Assembly (NCBI GenBank): GCA_031422435.1
Contig: JANPLU010000107.1
Span: 1-64,000 of the forward strand
Direction of reading: 5' to 3'
Source: Acaryochloridaceae cyanobacterium VAR_48_metabat_390
Lineage (GTDB): Bacteria; Cyanobacteriota; Cyanobacteriia; Thermosynechococcales; Thermosynechococcaceae
Length of the DNA: 64,000 nt
Below the pieces are notes generated by a model. The model searched no databases. It had not been told where the DNA came from and saw only the letters and a program-made list of their open reading frames with translations. The stretch's first letter is position 1. Every line of letters begins with the position of its first letter. This document shows positions 50,649 to 60,950 of the stretch, piece after piece. The translations under genes and the position numbers were made by a program.

Positions 50649-51167
50649 ATGCCCCGTTCTCAACGCAACGATAACTTTATTGATAAGTCTTTTACAGTCA
50701 TGGCAGACATGATCTTAAAGGTTCTGCCCGCCACCCATCGCCAAAAAGAAGCCTTTGCCTACTATCGTGATGGCATGTCGGCGCAGGGCGATGGCGAATA
50801 TGCCGAAGCCCTCGATAACTACGAAGAAGCCCTCAAGCTAGAGGATGATGATTATGATCGCGGCTATGTTCTCTATAACATGGGGCTAATTTACGCCAGC
50901 AATGGAGACCATACCAAGGCGTTAGAACTTTATCATCAGGCACTTGAGCTGAACGGTCGCCTGTGTCAGGCGCTCAATAACGTTGCCGTCATTTATCACT
51001 ATCAGGGTGAGCAAGCCGCTGAAGAAGGTCGCCCCGATGACGCAGATGAGCTATTTAACCAGGCCGCCGAATACTGGAAACGCGCGATTCGCGTGGCTCC
51101 TAATAACTACATCGAAGCCCAAAATTGGCTAAAGACGACCGGACGCTCCACGATGGATCTGTACTAA
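50649..51167 (+). CDS. ycf3: Photosystem I assembly protein Ycf3
   Basis: [13 protein letters not shown]...YYRDGMSAQ...[10 protein letters not shown]. Confidence 0.97.
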   Translation: MPRSQRNDNFIDKSFTVMADMILKVLPATHRQKEAFAYYRDGMSAQGDGEYAEALDNYEEALKLEDDDYDRGYVLYNMGLIYASNGDHTKALELYHQALELNGRLCQALNNVAVIYHYQGEQAAEEGRPDDADELFNQAAEYWKRAIRVAPNNYIEAQNWLKTTGRSTMDLY

Positions 51168-51179
51168 AAGCACTCTCCC

Positions 51180-51473
51180 ATGATTGATCAAGCCCAAGTT
51201 CATAAAGTCGCTCTGCTGGCGCGTCTTGCGTTAACGCCAGAAGAAGAGATACAGTTTACAACCCAACTCGGCGGCATCTTAGACTACTTTGAGCAGCTCA
51301 GTGAGCTAGACGTCACCCATGTAGCACCGACCACTCGCGCCATTGACGTTAGCAATATTACCCGCGCGGATGATCTGAAGGTTTGGGGCGATCGCGATGC
51401 CATTTTAGACAATGCCCCTGACCAAGACGGTGACTTTTTTAAGGTTCCTAAAATTATGGAAGACGCAAGCTAG
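51180..51473 (+). CDS. gatC: Asp/Glu-tRNA amidotransferase subunit C
   Basis: VALLARL...FFKVPKI. Confidence 0.93.
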   Translation: MIDQAQVHKVALLARLALTPEEEIQFTTQLGGILDYFEQLSELDVTHVAPTTRAIDVSNITRADDLKVWGDRDAILDNAPDQDGDFFKVPKIMEDAS

Positions 51474-51488
51474 ATCTAGCGTCTTCCA
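51457..51488 (+). terminator. Stem-loop at the 3' end of gatC
   Basis: TGGAAGACGC...GCGTCTTCCA. Confidence 0.45.
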
Positions 51489-51841
51489 ATAGGGTACTTT
51501 ACTGATTTCAGATTGGGGCACTAACCTTATCTGTAGACAGTCATCTTACTCATTAGTACGGGTAATTGCGGATAGACTATCCGCTCTAGACGTCACAAAA
51601 TCCGTGAATTTCCCCATGTGAAAGTAAGATGCACTGCTCATAATAAAGCTATGAGCAAGTTCATTCTCTCCTCAAGATCTACGATAGAAAGGCAAAATTA
51701 TGTTGTCCTTACTTGAGTCTATTGAAATTCAAACGATCTGTATTTGGGCAATTTGTTTTCTGTTTGGTTTTTACTTCTCCCTTAAAGAATCTCATTAAGG
51801 CTGTGTCTTAATCCTTTAGGGCGCTGCTTTCCTGGTTTTTA

Positions 51842-52180
51842 GTGTCTAACACCATGATTAATGCAACAAGCGCTATTCTTGCTTCAAAACAGTTTTTGTT
51901 AACGAGAGTTTCTTTGAGAGACCTTCTTCAAAGGCTATCTAACCCTGCACTTAATCAAATCAACCTGAATGATCCCCAGACGGCTCGGTTGATTTGTCGC
52001 TTAATTCCTAACAATTGCCCTTTTGAACGCGATGTATTTTTGCTAGGCCGAAAGATAGGCCACATTCCGGCACTATGCAAACTCAACCCTCTCTACGAAC
52101 AGTTTATAGAGCTGCGGTTTAAGGCGTTAACATTTTTGGCTGATGAATGCGGTGAGGATGTGACGCCCTACTGTCAATAG
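51842..52180 (+). CDS. Mo-dependent nitrogenase C-terminal domain-family protein
   Basis: ICRLIPxxCPFERD...HIPALCKLNPLYEQ...LRFKAL. Confidence 0.8.
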   Translation: MSNTMINATSAILASKQFLLTRVSLRDLLQRLSNPALNQINLNDPQTARLICRLIPNNCPFERDVFLLGRKIGHIPALCKLNPLYEQFIELRFKALTFLADECGEDVTPYCQ

Positions 52181-52211
52181 CCAATCCAGTTTTGCGATCT
52201 CTCCTATTGCT

Positions 52212-52245
52212 AATGCTGATGATGTTTACACCATCAGCATTTTTT
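52212..52245 (+). terminator. Intrinsic terminator between convergent genes
   Basis: AATGCTGATG...CATCAGCATT followed by a T-run. Confidence 0.7.
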
Positions 52246-52255
52246 ATGAGTTGTT

Positions 52256-53248
52256 TTATTTATATTCAATGAGAGCGCTGCGATCGCCCCTCAGTCGATT
52301 GATATGAAACCATAGCTGACCCTGAAGCTCTGGAAACTTTGCCAGCGTACAAAACAACCCGTAGTAAAACGCGACAGATCGACCACATTGGCGACGGGTT
52401 TGTCGATAGGTTTTAAGCATCAGCACAGGATACAGAAGCCCGAGTAAACCACTCCAGAAATGCGTCATAGGCAATAGCACAAAGCTTAAGAGCGGCACCC
52501 CTGCACCCCAGATCCAAATTCGACGGCTTTCTCTTTGCCAAAATCTTTCAGCCTCATGCCGATGGAGCCAGGACACTTCAGCATAGGCATGCCCCCCCCG
52601 AATAGCACGCCGCCACCACTGCGAAAAGTACAGCATCTGGGCATCATGCCAGGTCATGTCTTGATCAATTCGCATAATGCGCCATTTCTGCCGCCGCAGT
52701 CGCAGACACAGTTCGGGTTCTTCCCCTGCAATGAGCTGCTCAGTATAGCCTCCTGCTTTTTGAAACGCGGTAACTCGCATTAGCGCATCGCCGCCGCAGG
52801 CCAAGGCTTCGCCGATGGGCGTATTCCATTCAAGGTCACAAAGGGCATTAAACACAGAAACGTTCGGGAATCGCTCTCGTCGTCGTCCGCACACGACGGC
52901 AATGCTGGAGTCAGCCTGAATCGCGGCTAAAGCGAGATCGAACCACCCTGCCTCTAGCACACAATCTCCATCCACAAACTGGACATAGCCCAGACTGGGA
53001 TAAAGCTCCAGCAGCCTTGCAAAGCCGATATTACGGGCACGAGCAGCGGTAAAGGGGATTGATAAATCTAGCTCAATCACCTTAATTCCCAGAGTTTTTG
53101 CAGACATTACGCTGCCATCCGTAGAGCCAGAATCGACGTAGATTAGGTGCGATGACTGGGCGATCGCAGAATTGAGACAGGCCATGAGGCGATCGCCCTC
53201 ATTCCGTCCAATCACCACAATGCCAAGCCCACTAGATTCACTCGTCAT
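52256..53248 (-). CDS. Glycosyltransferase family 2
   Basis: VVIGRNEG, DSGSTD, FVDGD, IAGEEPE. Confidence 0.9.
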   Translation of the reverse strand: MTSESSGLGIVVIGRNEGDRLMACLNSAIAQSSHLIYVDSGSTDGSVMSAKTLGIKVIELDLSIPFTAARARNIGFARLLELYPSLGYVQFVDGDCVLEAGWFDLALAAIQADSSIAVVCGRRRERFPNVSVFNALCDLEWNTPIGEALACGGDALMRVTAFQKAGGYTEQLIAGEEPELCLRLRRQKWRIMRIDQDMTWHDAQMLYFSQWWRRAIRGGHAYAEVSWLHRHEAERFWQRESRRIWIWGAGVPLLSFVLLPMTHFWSGLLGLLYPVLMLKTYRQTRRQCGRSVAFYYGLFCTLAKFPELQGQLWFHINRLRGDRSALIEYK

Positions 53249-53804
53249 TGCGCGACCATTCCTGCGACTTTAAAATCCGAGCCGGAATACCCACCGCCGT
53301 CTGACCTGCACCAATATCAGTCAACACAACGGCATTAGCGCCAATATTGACATCATCCCCCAGGATAACGCCGCCCAAAATCTTAGCCCCTGCCCCCACA
53401 TTGACCCGATTGCCCAAGGTTGGAGCCTCTAGGGGACGATCTAAATAACGATTGCCCAGCGTAACGCCCTGACGCACAATGCAGTCATCTCCAATGCGAC
53501 AGTGACCGTGAATGACGATCGCACTCTGATGCTCAATCACAACGCGACGGCCTACCTGCACCGTATAGGGTAAGTCAATGCCGTAGCCATTGCGAACCTT
53601 ACGATAAATGGCTTTGTACAGCACACTGAGGGGCGCACGCAGCGCCTTGGGCTGCACCTGCATCCGCCAAACCCCAAACCGATGAGCTGCCACTGCCCGA
53701 AATCCTGGCTTTGTCCAGTCTCGCCCATGAGCCACCCAATCTTCCTGGATTTGCGCCCATAGCCCCAGCCTTGCGTGAGAGGAATCCGTCACGACAGCCC
53801 TCAT
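53238..53804 (-). CDS. Hexapeptide-repeat acetyltransferase (serine acetyltransferase-like)
   Basis: IGDDCIVRQGVTLG, VGAGAKILG, IGANAVV. Confidence 0.88.
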   Translation of the reverse strand: MRAVVTDSSHARLGLWAQIQEDWVAHGRDWTKPGFRAVAAHRFGVWRMQVQPKALRAPLSVLYKAIYRKVRNGYGIDLPYTVQVGRRVVIEHQSAIVIHGHCRIGDDCIVRQGVTLGNRYLDRPLEAPTLGNRVNVGAGAKILGGVILGDDVNIGANAVVLTDIGAGQTAVGIPARILKSQEWSRNDE

Positions 53805-54802
53805 TTAACCCCAATACTGTTGCAAAAAAAATCCCATAAAAAGTAGGGCGGATCGGTGTCGGGTTTTCTAAACAGCCAGCGCCGGATCCGCCACAGCGAA
53901 AACCCCGTCATCCAAAACAAATCAGCAAGGGCAGCATAGAGGGCACCATGAAACTTCAGAAAATAGCGATGACGAGATTTAAACCAGTATTGCGGCATTC
54001 TTTGGGGCGATCGCCTGGTATCGGTTACGCCCGTACTTTGCCCCACCAAATGCACCACTCGACTTTTGGGCACATACCAACACTCCCAGCCAGCCAGCCG
54101 CGCCCGATGGCAAAAATCGACTTCTTCAAAGTATAAAAAGTAATTCTCATCAAATAAGCCTGCTGTCGCCAACACCTCACGGCGAATCATTAGGCTGGCA
54201 CCTGCCAACCAGTCAGAAGGACAGGGTTCTGAAGTGATGGGCATTGCCAATTTGCGGTGCGCGATGAGTCGAGACACCGCGCCCAAACGTAGCCCATGAT
54301 CTAGCTCGCTCCAAATCGACGGGAACCGGAACGCCGAGGTCTGCGGGGTGCCGTCTGGGTCTTCCAGGCGGCTACCCACTAAGCCTACGGTGGGGTTTTC
54401 ATTTAAAAACTGAATGAGGGGGGCGATCGCCCCTTCACGTACCGCAGCATCCGGGTTCAGCAGCAGAACATAGTCAGGGGGATGTTGAGATTTCAACGCC
54501 TGTTGCAGCACAACATTATTGCCGTACGCAAACCCGCCGTTTTTCGGCAGCGGCTCCAACCGAATCCAGGACGGATTCTGGCGCGCTATAAGCCCTTGGC
54601 GCAATATCTCTAAAGACCCATCTCCTGAGGCATTATCAACAATCACCACCGACATCTGAAGGCCGCGCTGCTGCTCTGCAATCAAAGACGTAATGCAGTC
54701 TAGTACCAAAGATGCGGTCTTGTAGTTCACAACAACAACCCAAAGCGCCGCCGAGGGAAAGCTTTGCAGGTTTAGCCCTTCGGATAGATTGGCTGTCGGC
54801 AT
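53801..54802 (-). CDS. Glycosyltransferase family 2 (WbbL-like)
   Basis: VVNYK, DNAS, NGGFAYGNN, LLNPD, FLYFEEVD. Confidence 0.9.
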   Translation of the reverse strand: MPTANLSEGLNLQSFPSAALWVVVVNYKTASLVLDCITSLIAEQQRGLQMSVVIVDNASGDGSLEILRQGLIARQNPSWIRLEPLPKNGGFAYGNNVVLQQALKSQHPPDYVLLLNPDAAVREGAIAPLIQFLNENPTVGLVGSRLEDPDGTPQTSAFRFPSIWSELDHGLRLGAVSRLIAHRKLAMPITSEPCPSDWLAGASLMIRREVLATAGLFDENYFLYFEEVDFCHRARLAGWECWYVPKSRVVHLVGQSTGVTDTRRSPQRMPQYWFKSRHRYFLKFHGALYAALADLFWMTGFSLWRIRRWLFRKPDTDPPYFLWDFFCNSIGVK

Positions 54803-55121
54803 AACGGTATTGAATGGATTGTAAAAGACGCCCAACGCTCATTCAAGAGACTGAAGACCGCGCCATGATAAGACCATTATGCCCAGCGATAGCACCAAAG
54901 AATCCTTGCTTGCGGCTCTTCTCTAAGGGACTCAAAATCGGTAGTGTCGGCGACAAACATCAAACAAGTTTTTCATTATGCTCACATCATGCCAAGAGTT
55001 GTCTACACTCTTAGGGATAGCCTTTACAAATCTCAGCAAAGTGATGCAGTATTTCTGGTCTGTTCACACGCTTCCTTCGGTAAAGGTGACTGAATTAACT
55101 TCCTTTGCTCTGAGCGGAGAA

Positions 55122-55337
55122 ATGACGATGAATCAGCTCAAAACTATAGCGCCTCAAGTTCCTGCTTTTCGAGCAGACGGAAAGTACTGGAGTGAGCTTC
55201 GACAGGCTATTTCTAACACATCAGGCTTTAAACGATGGGTGCTAGATCGAAAAATCGAGCCTAAAAGCTCGGAAGGGACGCTAGATGCGATGGTTCAGCT
55301 CTATCTGCGCCAAACGCTTGAAACGCTGGCCTATTAG
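55122..55337 (+). CDS. Conserved small cyanobacterial hypothetical protein
   Basis: GGAG RBS before MTMNQ; ISNTSGFKRW...YLRQTLETLAY motif. Confidence 0.7.
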   Translation: MTMNQLKTIAPQVPAFRADGKYWSELRQAISNTSGFKRWVLDRKIEPKSSEGTLDAMVQLYLRQTLETLAY

Positions 55338-55392
55338 GTTCAATCAGCGCTCAAAATTCCTCTGACCTCGTGCGTTTTTGCTGTACGCCCTT

Positions 55393-55421
55393 AAGCTGCT
55401 GTCCTCGGATAGCGGCTTTTT
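55393..55421 (+). terminator. Intrinsic terminator
   Basis: AAGCTGCTGTCC-tc-GGATAGCGGCTT plus T-run. Confidence 0.65.
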
Positions 55422-55616
55422 ACATTTGGATGTTGTTAGAGCCATCTTGACTAAAGTGCCTCTCACCGCACACAGGAGGCGGTATTATGCCCCCAACCCC
55501 TCCTGTAATGTTTTTCATTTATGTTCTACTGTCTAAGTCGTAAAATGATGTTCGGGCATTTAAGTAATGTTACTTAGCCGAAAATGCTAATGCATGTTCC
55601 TTAAAGAATCAACAAA

Positions 55617-56174
55617 ATGGCTAAGTTTTATACAGACTTATCGCAGTCTTTAGTCGAATTTATTCAAGCACAGTCTCTCTTTTTTGTGGCAACGTCGCCC
55701 CAAGAGGGACGCATTAATTTATCTCCTAAGGGCATTAATACCTTTCGATGTTTGGCTGCCAACCAAGTGGCTTACCTAGATTTGACTGGAAGCGGTAATG
55801 AAACAAGCGCCCATCTTGAAGAGAATGGGCGTTTAACCATTATGTTTTGCAGTTTTTCCGATGAGCCGCTGATTCTGAGGCTGTACGGTCAGGGACGTGT
55901 GATTCGTCCTTATGCACCTGAGTGGAATGACTATGCTGCATCGTTTGACCTACTGCCCGGAATGCGCCAAATTATTGTGCTAAATATCGAGCAGGTGCAG
56001 ACATCCTGTGGCTTTGGGGTACCGCTGCTAGACTACCAGGGCGATCGCCAAACCCTTCTAGACTGGGCCAAGGCCAAAGGAGAAGAGGGGATACGGCAAT
56101 ATCAGCATCAGAAAAACCAGCGCAGTATCGACGGGTTGCCCACTTATCTGCTGGAAGGTTCTGAGCGTCCCTGA
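55617..56174 (+). CDS. Pyridoxamine 5'-phosphate oxidase-like FMN-binding protein
   Basis: NLSPKG, YLDLTGSGNET, QTSCGFGVP. Confidence 0.88.
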   Translation: MAKFYTDLSQSLVEFIQAQSLFFVATSPQEGRINLSPKGINTFRCLAANQVAYLDLTGSGNETSAHLEENGRLTIMFCSFSDEPLILRLYGQGRVIRPYAPEWNDYAASFDLLPGMRQIIVLNIEQVQTSCGFGVPLLDYQGDRQTLLDWAKAKGEEGIRQYQHQKNQRSIDGLPTYLLEGSERP

Positions 56175-56249
56175 ACCGCCTAAAATGATGGGGATCTCTG
56201 ATTGTTCAGAAGTGCTGGTCTTCCCTTTTTCTTTATTGATAGAGACGTC

Positions 56250-57617
56250 ATGACGCAGCGACCCAAAATTATTGTGCTTGACGACGATCCCACCGGATCC
56301 CAGACGGTTCATAGCTGTTTGCTGCTGACGCGCTGGGATGTGGAAACCCTGCGAATTGGGCTAGCCAACACCGCACCGATTTTTTTTATTCTGACCAACA
56401 CCCGTGCCCTCGCGCCAGAGGCAGCCGCGCAGGTGACGCGGGAAGTTTGTGAGAACTTAAAAGTGGCGATCGCTGCGCACCAAGAATCCGCTAACGCATC
56501 TACTCCAGATTTTCTGGTGGTTAGCCGCTCTGACTCAACATTGCGTGGTCACTACCCCCTCGAAACAGACGTCATTGCCGAAGCGCTAGGGCCGTTTGAT
56601 GGTCACTTTTTGGTTCCTGCCTTCTTTGAAGGGGGACGCATTACCCGCGACAGCATTCACTATTTGATAGTGGACGGTGTGCCCACACCAGTCCATAAAA
56701 CCGAGTTTGCCAAAGACTCTGTGTTTGGATACAGCCATAGCTACTTACCCGACTATGTGGCAGAAAAAACAGCCGGTAAAATTGCCGCTGAGAATGTAGA
56801 GCGCTTTGTGCTGGCAGATCTGCGTGCGGGGAGTTTAGAGCGGCTGCTCAAGCTCTCTCATAATCAGTGCGTTGTCGTGGATGCAGAGCAGCAAAGTGAT
56901 TTAGACCAATTTGCCCAAGATGTTTTAGCGGCGACAGTAAAAGGAAAACGCTTCTTATTTCGCAGTGCGGCTAGCCTTTTGACCGCCCTGGCTCAACTGC
57001 CCCCTCAACCCGTTGCTGCCGCCCAAATGGCTCGGTACGTAAAAGGTCAGCAGCCTGGCGCTTTTATCGTTGGCTCTCACGTCAAAAAAACCACTGAGCA
57101 GCTCTCTCACTTGCTGAAGGCAAACGGCATTACTGGGATTGAAATCCCAGTCAGTCCCCTACGAGATACTGCAGATGCTTATGCGACGCTGCTTCAGGAA
57201 ACCTTAGTAAGGGTGCGAACTATTCATAGACAAGGGCAAACACCCGTCGTGTACACCAGTCGGACAGAACTTCAGTTTGACGACCCTGAAACGCGGCTTC
57301 AGTTTGGCGAACGGGTCTCGGCACTGCTGATGGACGTTGTGAAAGGTTTACCCCCTACCCTCGGCTATTTGGTCAGCAAAGGCGGCATTACGTCTAACGA
57401 TGTGTTGAGTACCGGACTTAACCTCAGAACAGCTTGGCTGCTGGGTCAAGTGATTCCAGGCTGTTCAGTAGTTCAAACCACTTCAGAACATGCGCTATTT
57501 CCGAATCTCCCTGTGGTGCTGTTTCCAGGAAATGTGGGTGATGAAGAGGGTTTGACGACCGTTTATCAGCGCTTTAATGTAGCTCAGCAATTTCCCATGA
57601 CCACAACGCCTCCCTAA
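56250..57617 (+). CDS. Four-carbon acid sugar kinase family protein
   Basis: LDDDPTG, RSDSTLRGH, KGGITS, FPGNVG. Confidence 0.88.
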   Translation: MTQRPKIIVLDDDPTGSQTVHSCLLLTRWDVETLRIGLANTAPIFFILTNTRALAPEAAAQVTREVCENLKVAIAAHQESANASTPDFLVVSRSDSTLRGHYPLETDVIAEALGPFDGHFLVPAFFEGGRITRDSIHYLIVDGVPTPVHKTEFAKDSVFGYSHSYLPDYVAEKTAGKIAAENVERFVLADLRAGSLERLLKLSHNQCVVVDAEQQSDLDQFAQDVLAATVKGKRFLFRSAASLLTALAQLPPQPVAAAQMARYVKGQQPGAFIVGSHVKKTTEQLSHLLKANGITGIEIPVSPLRDTADAYATLLQETLVRVRTIHRQGQTPVVYTSRTELQFDDPETRLQFGERVSALLMDVVKGLPPTLGYLVSKGGITSNDVLSTGLNLRTAWLLGQVIPGCSVVQTTSEHALFPNLPVVLFPGNVGDEEGLTTVYQRFNVAQQFPMTTTPP

Positions 57618-57665
57618 TAGACGTGGCATAATGAGGCGTCACCTCTCAAAATGCTGCTGTTGGCT

Positions 57666-58739
57666 ATGGCTCCTGTTTCAGACCCACCGTCCATTCTCAT
57701 TCAGCCCCTTGCGGCAAATCCCGAAAATTTGGAGCTTCAGCTTCCCGATCCTGAGAATGAAGACTTAACGGATTTTGACTTCTTAGAGCAGGTGGAAACG
57801 GTCTGGCAAGTCTGCGATCGCTTTGACCTACAAACCGAAATCTGGCGCGGGCGAATTTTGAAGGCGGTGCGCGATCGCGAAAAACGCGGCGGGGAAGGCC
57901 GAGGGATTGGGTTTCTTAACTGGCTGCAAAATCATGAGATTAGCAAAACTCAGGCTTATCGCCTGATGGAGCTAGCCAACAGTGCCGATAGCCTTTTGGC
58001 GGATGGCAAACTAGAGCCAGAGTCGATGAACCTTTTTAGCAAATCGGCCTTTTTAGAAACGGCTCAAGCCGAACCAGAAGTGCAGCAGATGATCACCGAA
58101 GCCGCCCGAGACGGCAAGCGAATTACGCGCCGTGAAGTACGTCAGCTCTCTGACGACTGGACGGCAATGTCTTCTGAATTAATCCCCGCCGAAATCAAAA
58201 CGAAGGCGGCAAACAATACCATCCCTAGTCGCTATCTTGCTCCCCTGGCCCATGAGCTAGAAAAGCTTCCGCCCGAACACCAAACGATACTGCAAGCAGA
58301 ACTGACAGAAAGTCCTGATATAGAGACGCTCAAACAGGTCACGGCTGAAGCTAAATATTTAGCCAAATATCTAGACTCTTCTGCTCATGTTCAGGCACTA
58401 GAAGACAGCGGGATTGACCTAGAACAGGCACTAGAAGAAGCCCTGCGGATCGGCTGTCTCAACACCGCAGCAGATTTAGTGCATCAGGCTGCCCAGCTAG
58501 AGCAGTGCATGGCAAAACTTCATATGACCTGGAAGCGCCTAGGCAAACTTTCAGAGCGTCTTTATGTTGATAGTGGCACGAGTACGCCTCAACTGCGGCA
58601 GCTTTTGCAATCTCTCGAAAAACTCACCACCGACACGCTAGAACTAGACTGGGGATCTGGAGAGAATAACCTACATCCTGTTCTGATTCGTTTTAAGGTT
58701 TTGACAGAAGACCATGAGCCAGACGCCGCTACACCCTAA
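57666..58739 (+). CDS. Conserved cyanobacterial hypothetical protein
   Basis: CDRFDLQTEIWRGRIL...FLNWL motif; helical. Confidence 0.75.
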   Translation: MAPVSDPPSILIQPLAANPENLELQLPDPENEDLTDFDFLEQVETVWQVCDRFDLQTEIWRGRILKAVRDREKRGGEGRGIGFLNWLQNHEISKTQAYRLMELANSADSLLADGKLEPESMNLFSKSAFLETAQAEPEVQQMITEAARDGKRITRREVRQLSDDWTAMSSELIPAEIKTKAANNTIPSRYLAPLAHELEKLPPEHQTILQAELTESPDIETLKQVTAEAKYLAKYLDSSAHVQALEDSGIDLEQALEEALRIGCLNTAADLVHQAAQLEQCMAKLHMTWKRLGKLSERLYVDSGTSTPQLRQLLQSLEKLTTDTLELDWGSGENNLHPVLIRFKVLTEDHEPDAATP

Positions 58740-59886
58740 GAACAGCAGACAGTGGAATGTATCTGATCCAGGACTATATCTCCTGCGCTGGGGTACCCTG
58801 GATTTCTATCTTCTGAAGGCATTGTGTCTGCCGTTTTTGTTTGGTGTCAGTACGTTTTTAGGGATTAGTCTCACCCTAGGTTCCCTGTTTGATTTGCTGC
58901 GGCAGGTGAGTGAAAAAGGGTTGCCTCTCAGTATTGCCCTTCAGGTTTTAGGCTTACAAATCCCGAGCTTTTTGGTTTTGGCGTTGCCGATGGCAATGCT
59001 GTTGGCGTGCTTGGTAGTGTATAACCGCTTGGCGCGAACCAATGAGATTACGGCATTTCGGAGCTTAGGGATTAGTTCTATTCGGCTTGCAGTCCCTGGC
59101 TTACTCTTGGGTTTATGGGTCACGGGCTTGACCTTTATGCTGAGTGAGTTTGTGGTGCCTACTGCCAATTTACAGGCGGCGCAATTAATGAGTCAGGCGA
59201 CTAATGCGCCTAAACCTGCGTTTAGAGATAAAAATATTTTTTATCGAGAATTTGAGAAAGACTCACTTTCCCGCGTGTTTTATGCCCGTCACTTTGATGG
59301 TGATCGGATGCAGGATCTCACCATCCTAAGCTTTACCCAAGGAATGCTTGCGCAAATTTTGGTCATAGATACAGCGCGCTGGAACCCCATAACCCAGGTT
59401 TGGGATTTAGTAAATGGTACCGCCTATGCGCTAAGTGCCGATGCTCAAACCTATCAGGCCATTAATACGTTTGCAAAAACAGCCTTCCATTTGTCTCGTG
59501 GCCCCTTAGATTTAGCCACCGAAACGCGCACTGCGGATCAAATGGGTATTACTGATACCTATCAGTACTGGCGTTTAATCAAAGGCACAGGAGAGGTTAA
59601 GTATACGCGTCAGCTTGCGGTGCGGCTTCAGACAAAAGTGGCCTTTCCATTCATTTGTGTGGTGTTTGCATTGATAGGAGCGGCAATAGGGATACAGCAG
59701 CGACAACGCTCTAGCTCAAAAGGTTTTGGTCTCAGCCTAGTCATTATTTTTGGGTACTACACCGTTTCGTTTACCACGCGCTCCCTTGGAGAAGCGGGAG
59801 TTGTTTCGATTTTTGTGGCAGCTTGGGTTCCCCTCATTTCGGGACTATTAATTGGGGGTAAGCTGCTCTATGATGCTAATCGTTAA
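58714..59886 (+). CDS. LptF/LptG-family permease
   Basis: LARTNEITAFRSLGIS; 3+3 TM layout; AAWVP. Confidence 0.88.
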   Translation: MSQTPLHPKNSRQWNVSDPGLYLLRWGTLDFYLLKALCLPFLFGVSTFLGISLTLGSLFDLLRQVSEKGLPLSIALQVLGLQIPSFLVLALPMAMLLACLVVYNRLARTNEITAFRSLGISSIRLAVPGLLLGLWVTGLTFMLSEFVVPTANLQAAQLMSQATNAPKPAFRDKNIFYREFEKDSLSRVFYARHFDGDRMQDLTILSFTQGMLAQILVIDTARWNPITQVWDLVNGTAYALSADAQTYQAINTFAKTAFHLSRGPLDLATETRTADQMGITDTYQYWRLIKGTGEVKYTRQLAVRLQTKVAFPFICVVFALIGAAIGIQQRQRSSSKGFGLSLVIIFGYYTVSFTTRSLGEAGVVSIFVAAWVPLISGLLIGGKLLYDANR

Positions 59887-59895
59887 AGTTCATTA

Positions 59896-60651
59896 TTACG
59901 GTGCGTCGATGGCGGTACTGCCAAAGCGGTAACCTTTGCCGTAGATAGTGTGGATGAGCGGTGCATCTTGAGGTGCCTCAATTTTGCGGCGCAAGAGGCG
60001 AATATGAGCTGCTAATACATTGCTGGCTGGCTTTTCTTCTGTGGGCCATACCTGCTGATAAATTTCTTCGTGGGTTAAAAGCTGCGGGTGCTGCATTAAA
60101 ACGGCTAGCAGCCGACATTCTTTTTCAGAAAGGGCAATCATACGCCCATTGCGGTAGGCCATCTGATCTTCTATATCTAGCTCTAGCCCTTCAGCGCTGA
60201 TGCGGAGGCTAAGGGTCGCGTCTTCTTCTGGGGGTTTGGCCCTTAATAGATCGCTCCGACGCAGTAGCGCTCGCACCCGTGCCAACAGTTCGCGTAACTC
60301 AAAGGGTTTTACTAAGTAATCGTCCGCGCCAGCATCTAACCCCTGAATACGGGCATCTAGAGTATCTTTTGCTGTCAAAAATAAAACAGGGGTCGTATCT
60401 CCCTGCGATCGCAGCTTTTGACATAGCTCAATCCCAGATTGCTTGGGTAACATCCAGTCTAAAATCAGCAGTTCATAGGGTACCCCTACGTTACCCTGGT
60501 GGGTCTGGATCATTTGCAGCGCTGTTTCACCGTCGTAGGCCACCTCTACGGTATAGCCCTCCCGCTTGAGCGCACGGCACAGCGGCGCTGTTAGTTCAAC
60601 CTCATCATCTACTAAAAGAATCGACATACGCTCTTGGCGATCGCCCTCCAT
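59896..60651 (-). CDS. OmpR-family response regulator (RppA-like)
   Basis: DWMLP, GADDYLVKPF, SNVLAAHIRLLRRKI. Confidence 0.88.
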   Translation of the reverse strand: MEGDRQERMSILLVDDEVELTAPLCRALKREGYTVEVAYDGETALQMIQTHQGNVGVPYELLILDWMLPKQSGIELCQKLRSQGDTTPVLFLTAKDTLDARIQGLDAGADDYLVKPFELRELLARVRALLRRSDLLRAKPPEEDATLSLRISAEGLELDIEDQMAYRNGRMIALSEKECRLLAVLMQHPQLLTHEEIYQQVWPTEEKPASNVLAAHIRLLRRKIEAPQDAPLIHTIYGKGYRFGSTAIDAP

Positions 60652-60758
60652 CGGTCTAAAGTCTGTCTGAGGTCAGAACGCCTAAATCATAGGATAATTG
60701 TACGACAGGCACTTAGAATGGCTTGTCCTAGGCACAATAGACTTTTCTGAAATCACCC

Positions 60759-60950
60759 ATGCAGACCAGCAGCTACGGCTTTATTGGCAAGTTACTCGTT
60801 GTTTCAGCCATCCTGTCAGTCGGCATTAAAGCAATGGGTCCTCAGCTTGCAATCCCCGCTACGCAGCCTATTATTTTAACTCTAGTGCTGCTGCCTACGA
60901 TGCTAATGGGATTAGTTTTGGGCTTGCAGTATCGTTTTAAGCGCCATTAA
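60759..60950 (+). CDS. Small two-TM membrane protein
   Basis: FIGKLLVVSAILSVGIK..P..IPAT pattern; 3' overlap with the HAD gene. Confidence 0.6.
   Translation: MQTSSYGFIGKLLVVSAILSVGIKAMGPQLAIPATQPIILTLVLLPTMLMGLVLGLQYRFKRH

Noticed and set aside
51842..52180. Evidence for nitrogen fixation
   Set aside because: This domain family also occurs in non-diazotrophic cyanobacteria and no nif genes are present here.
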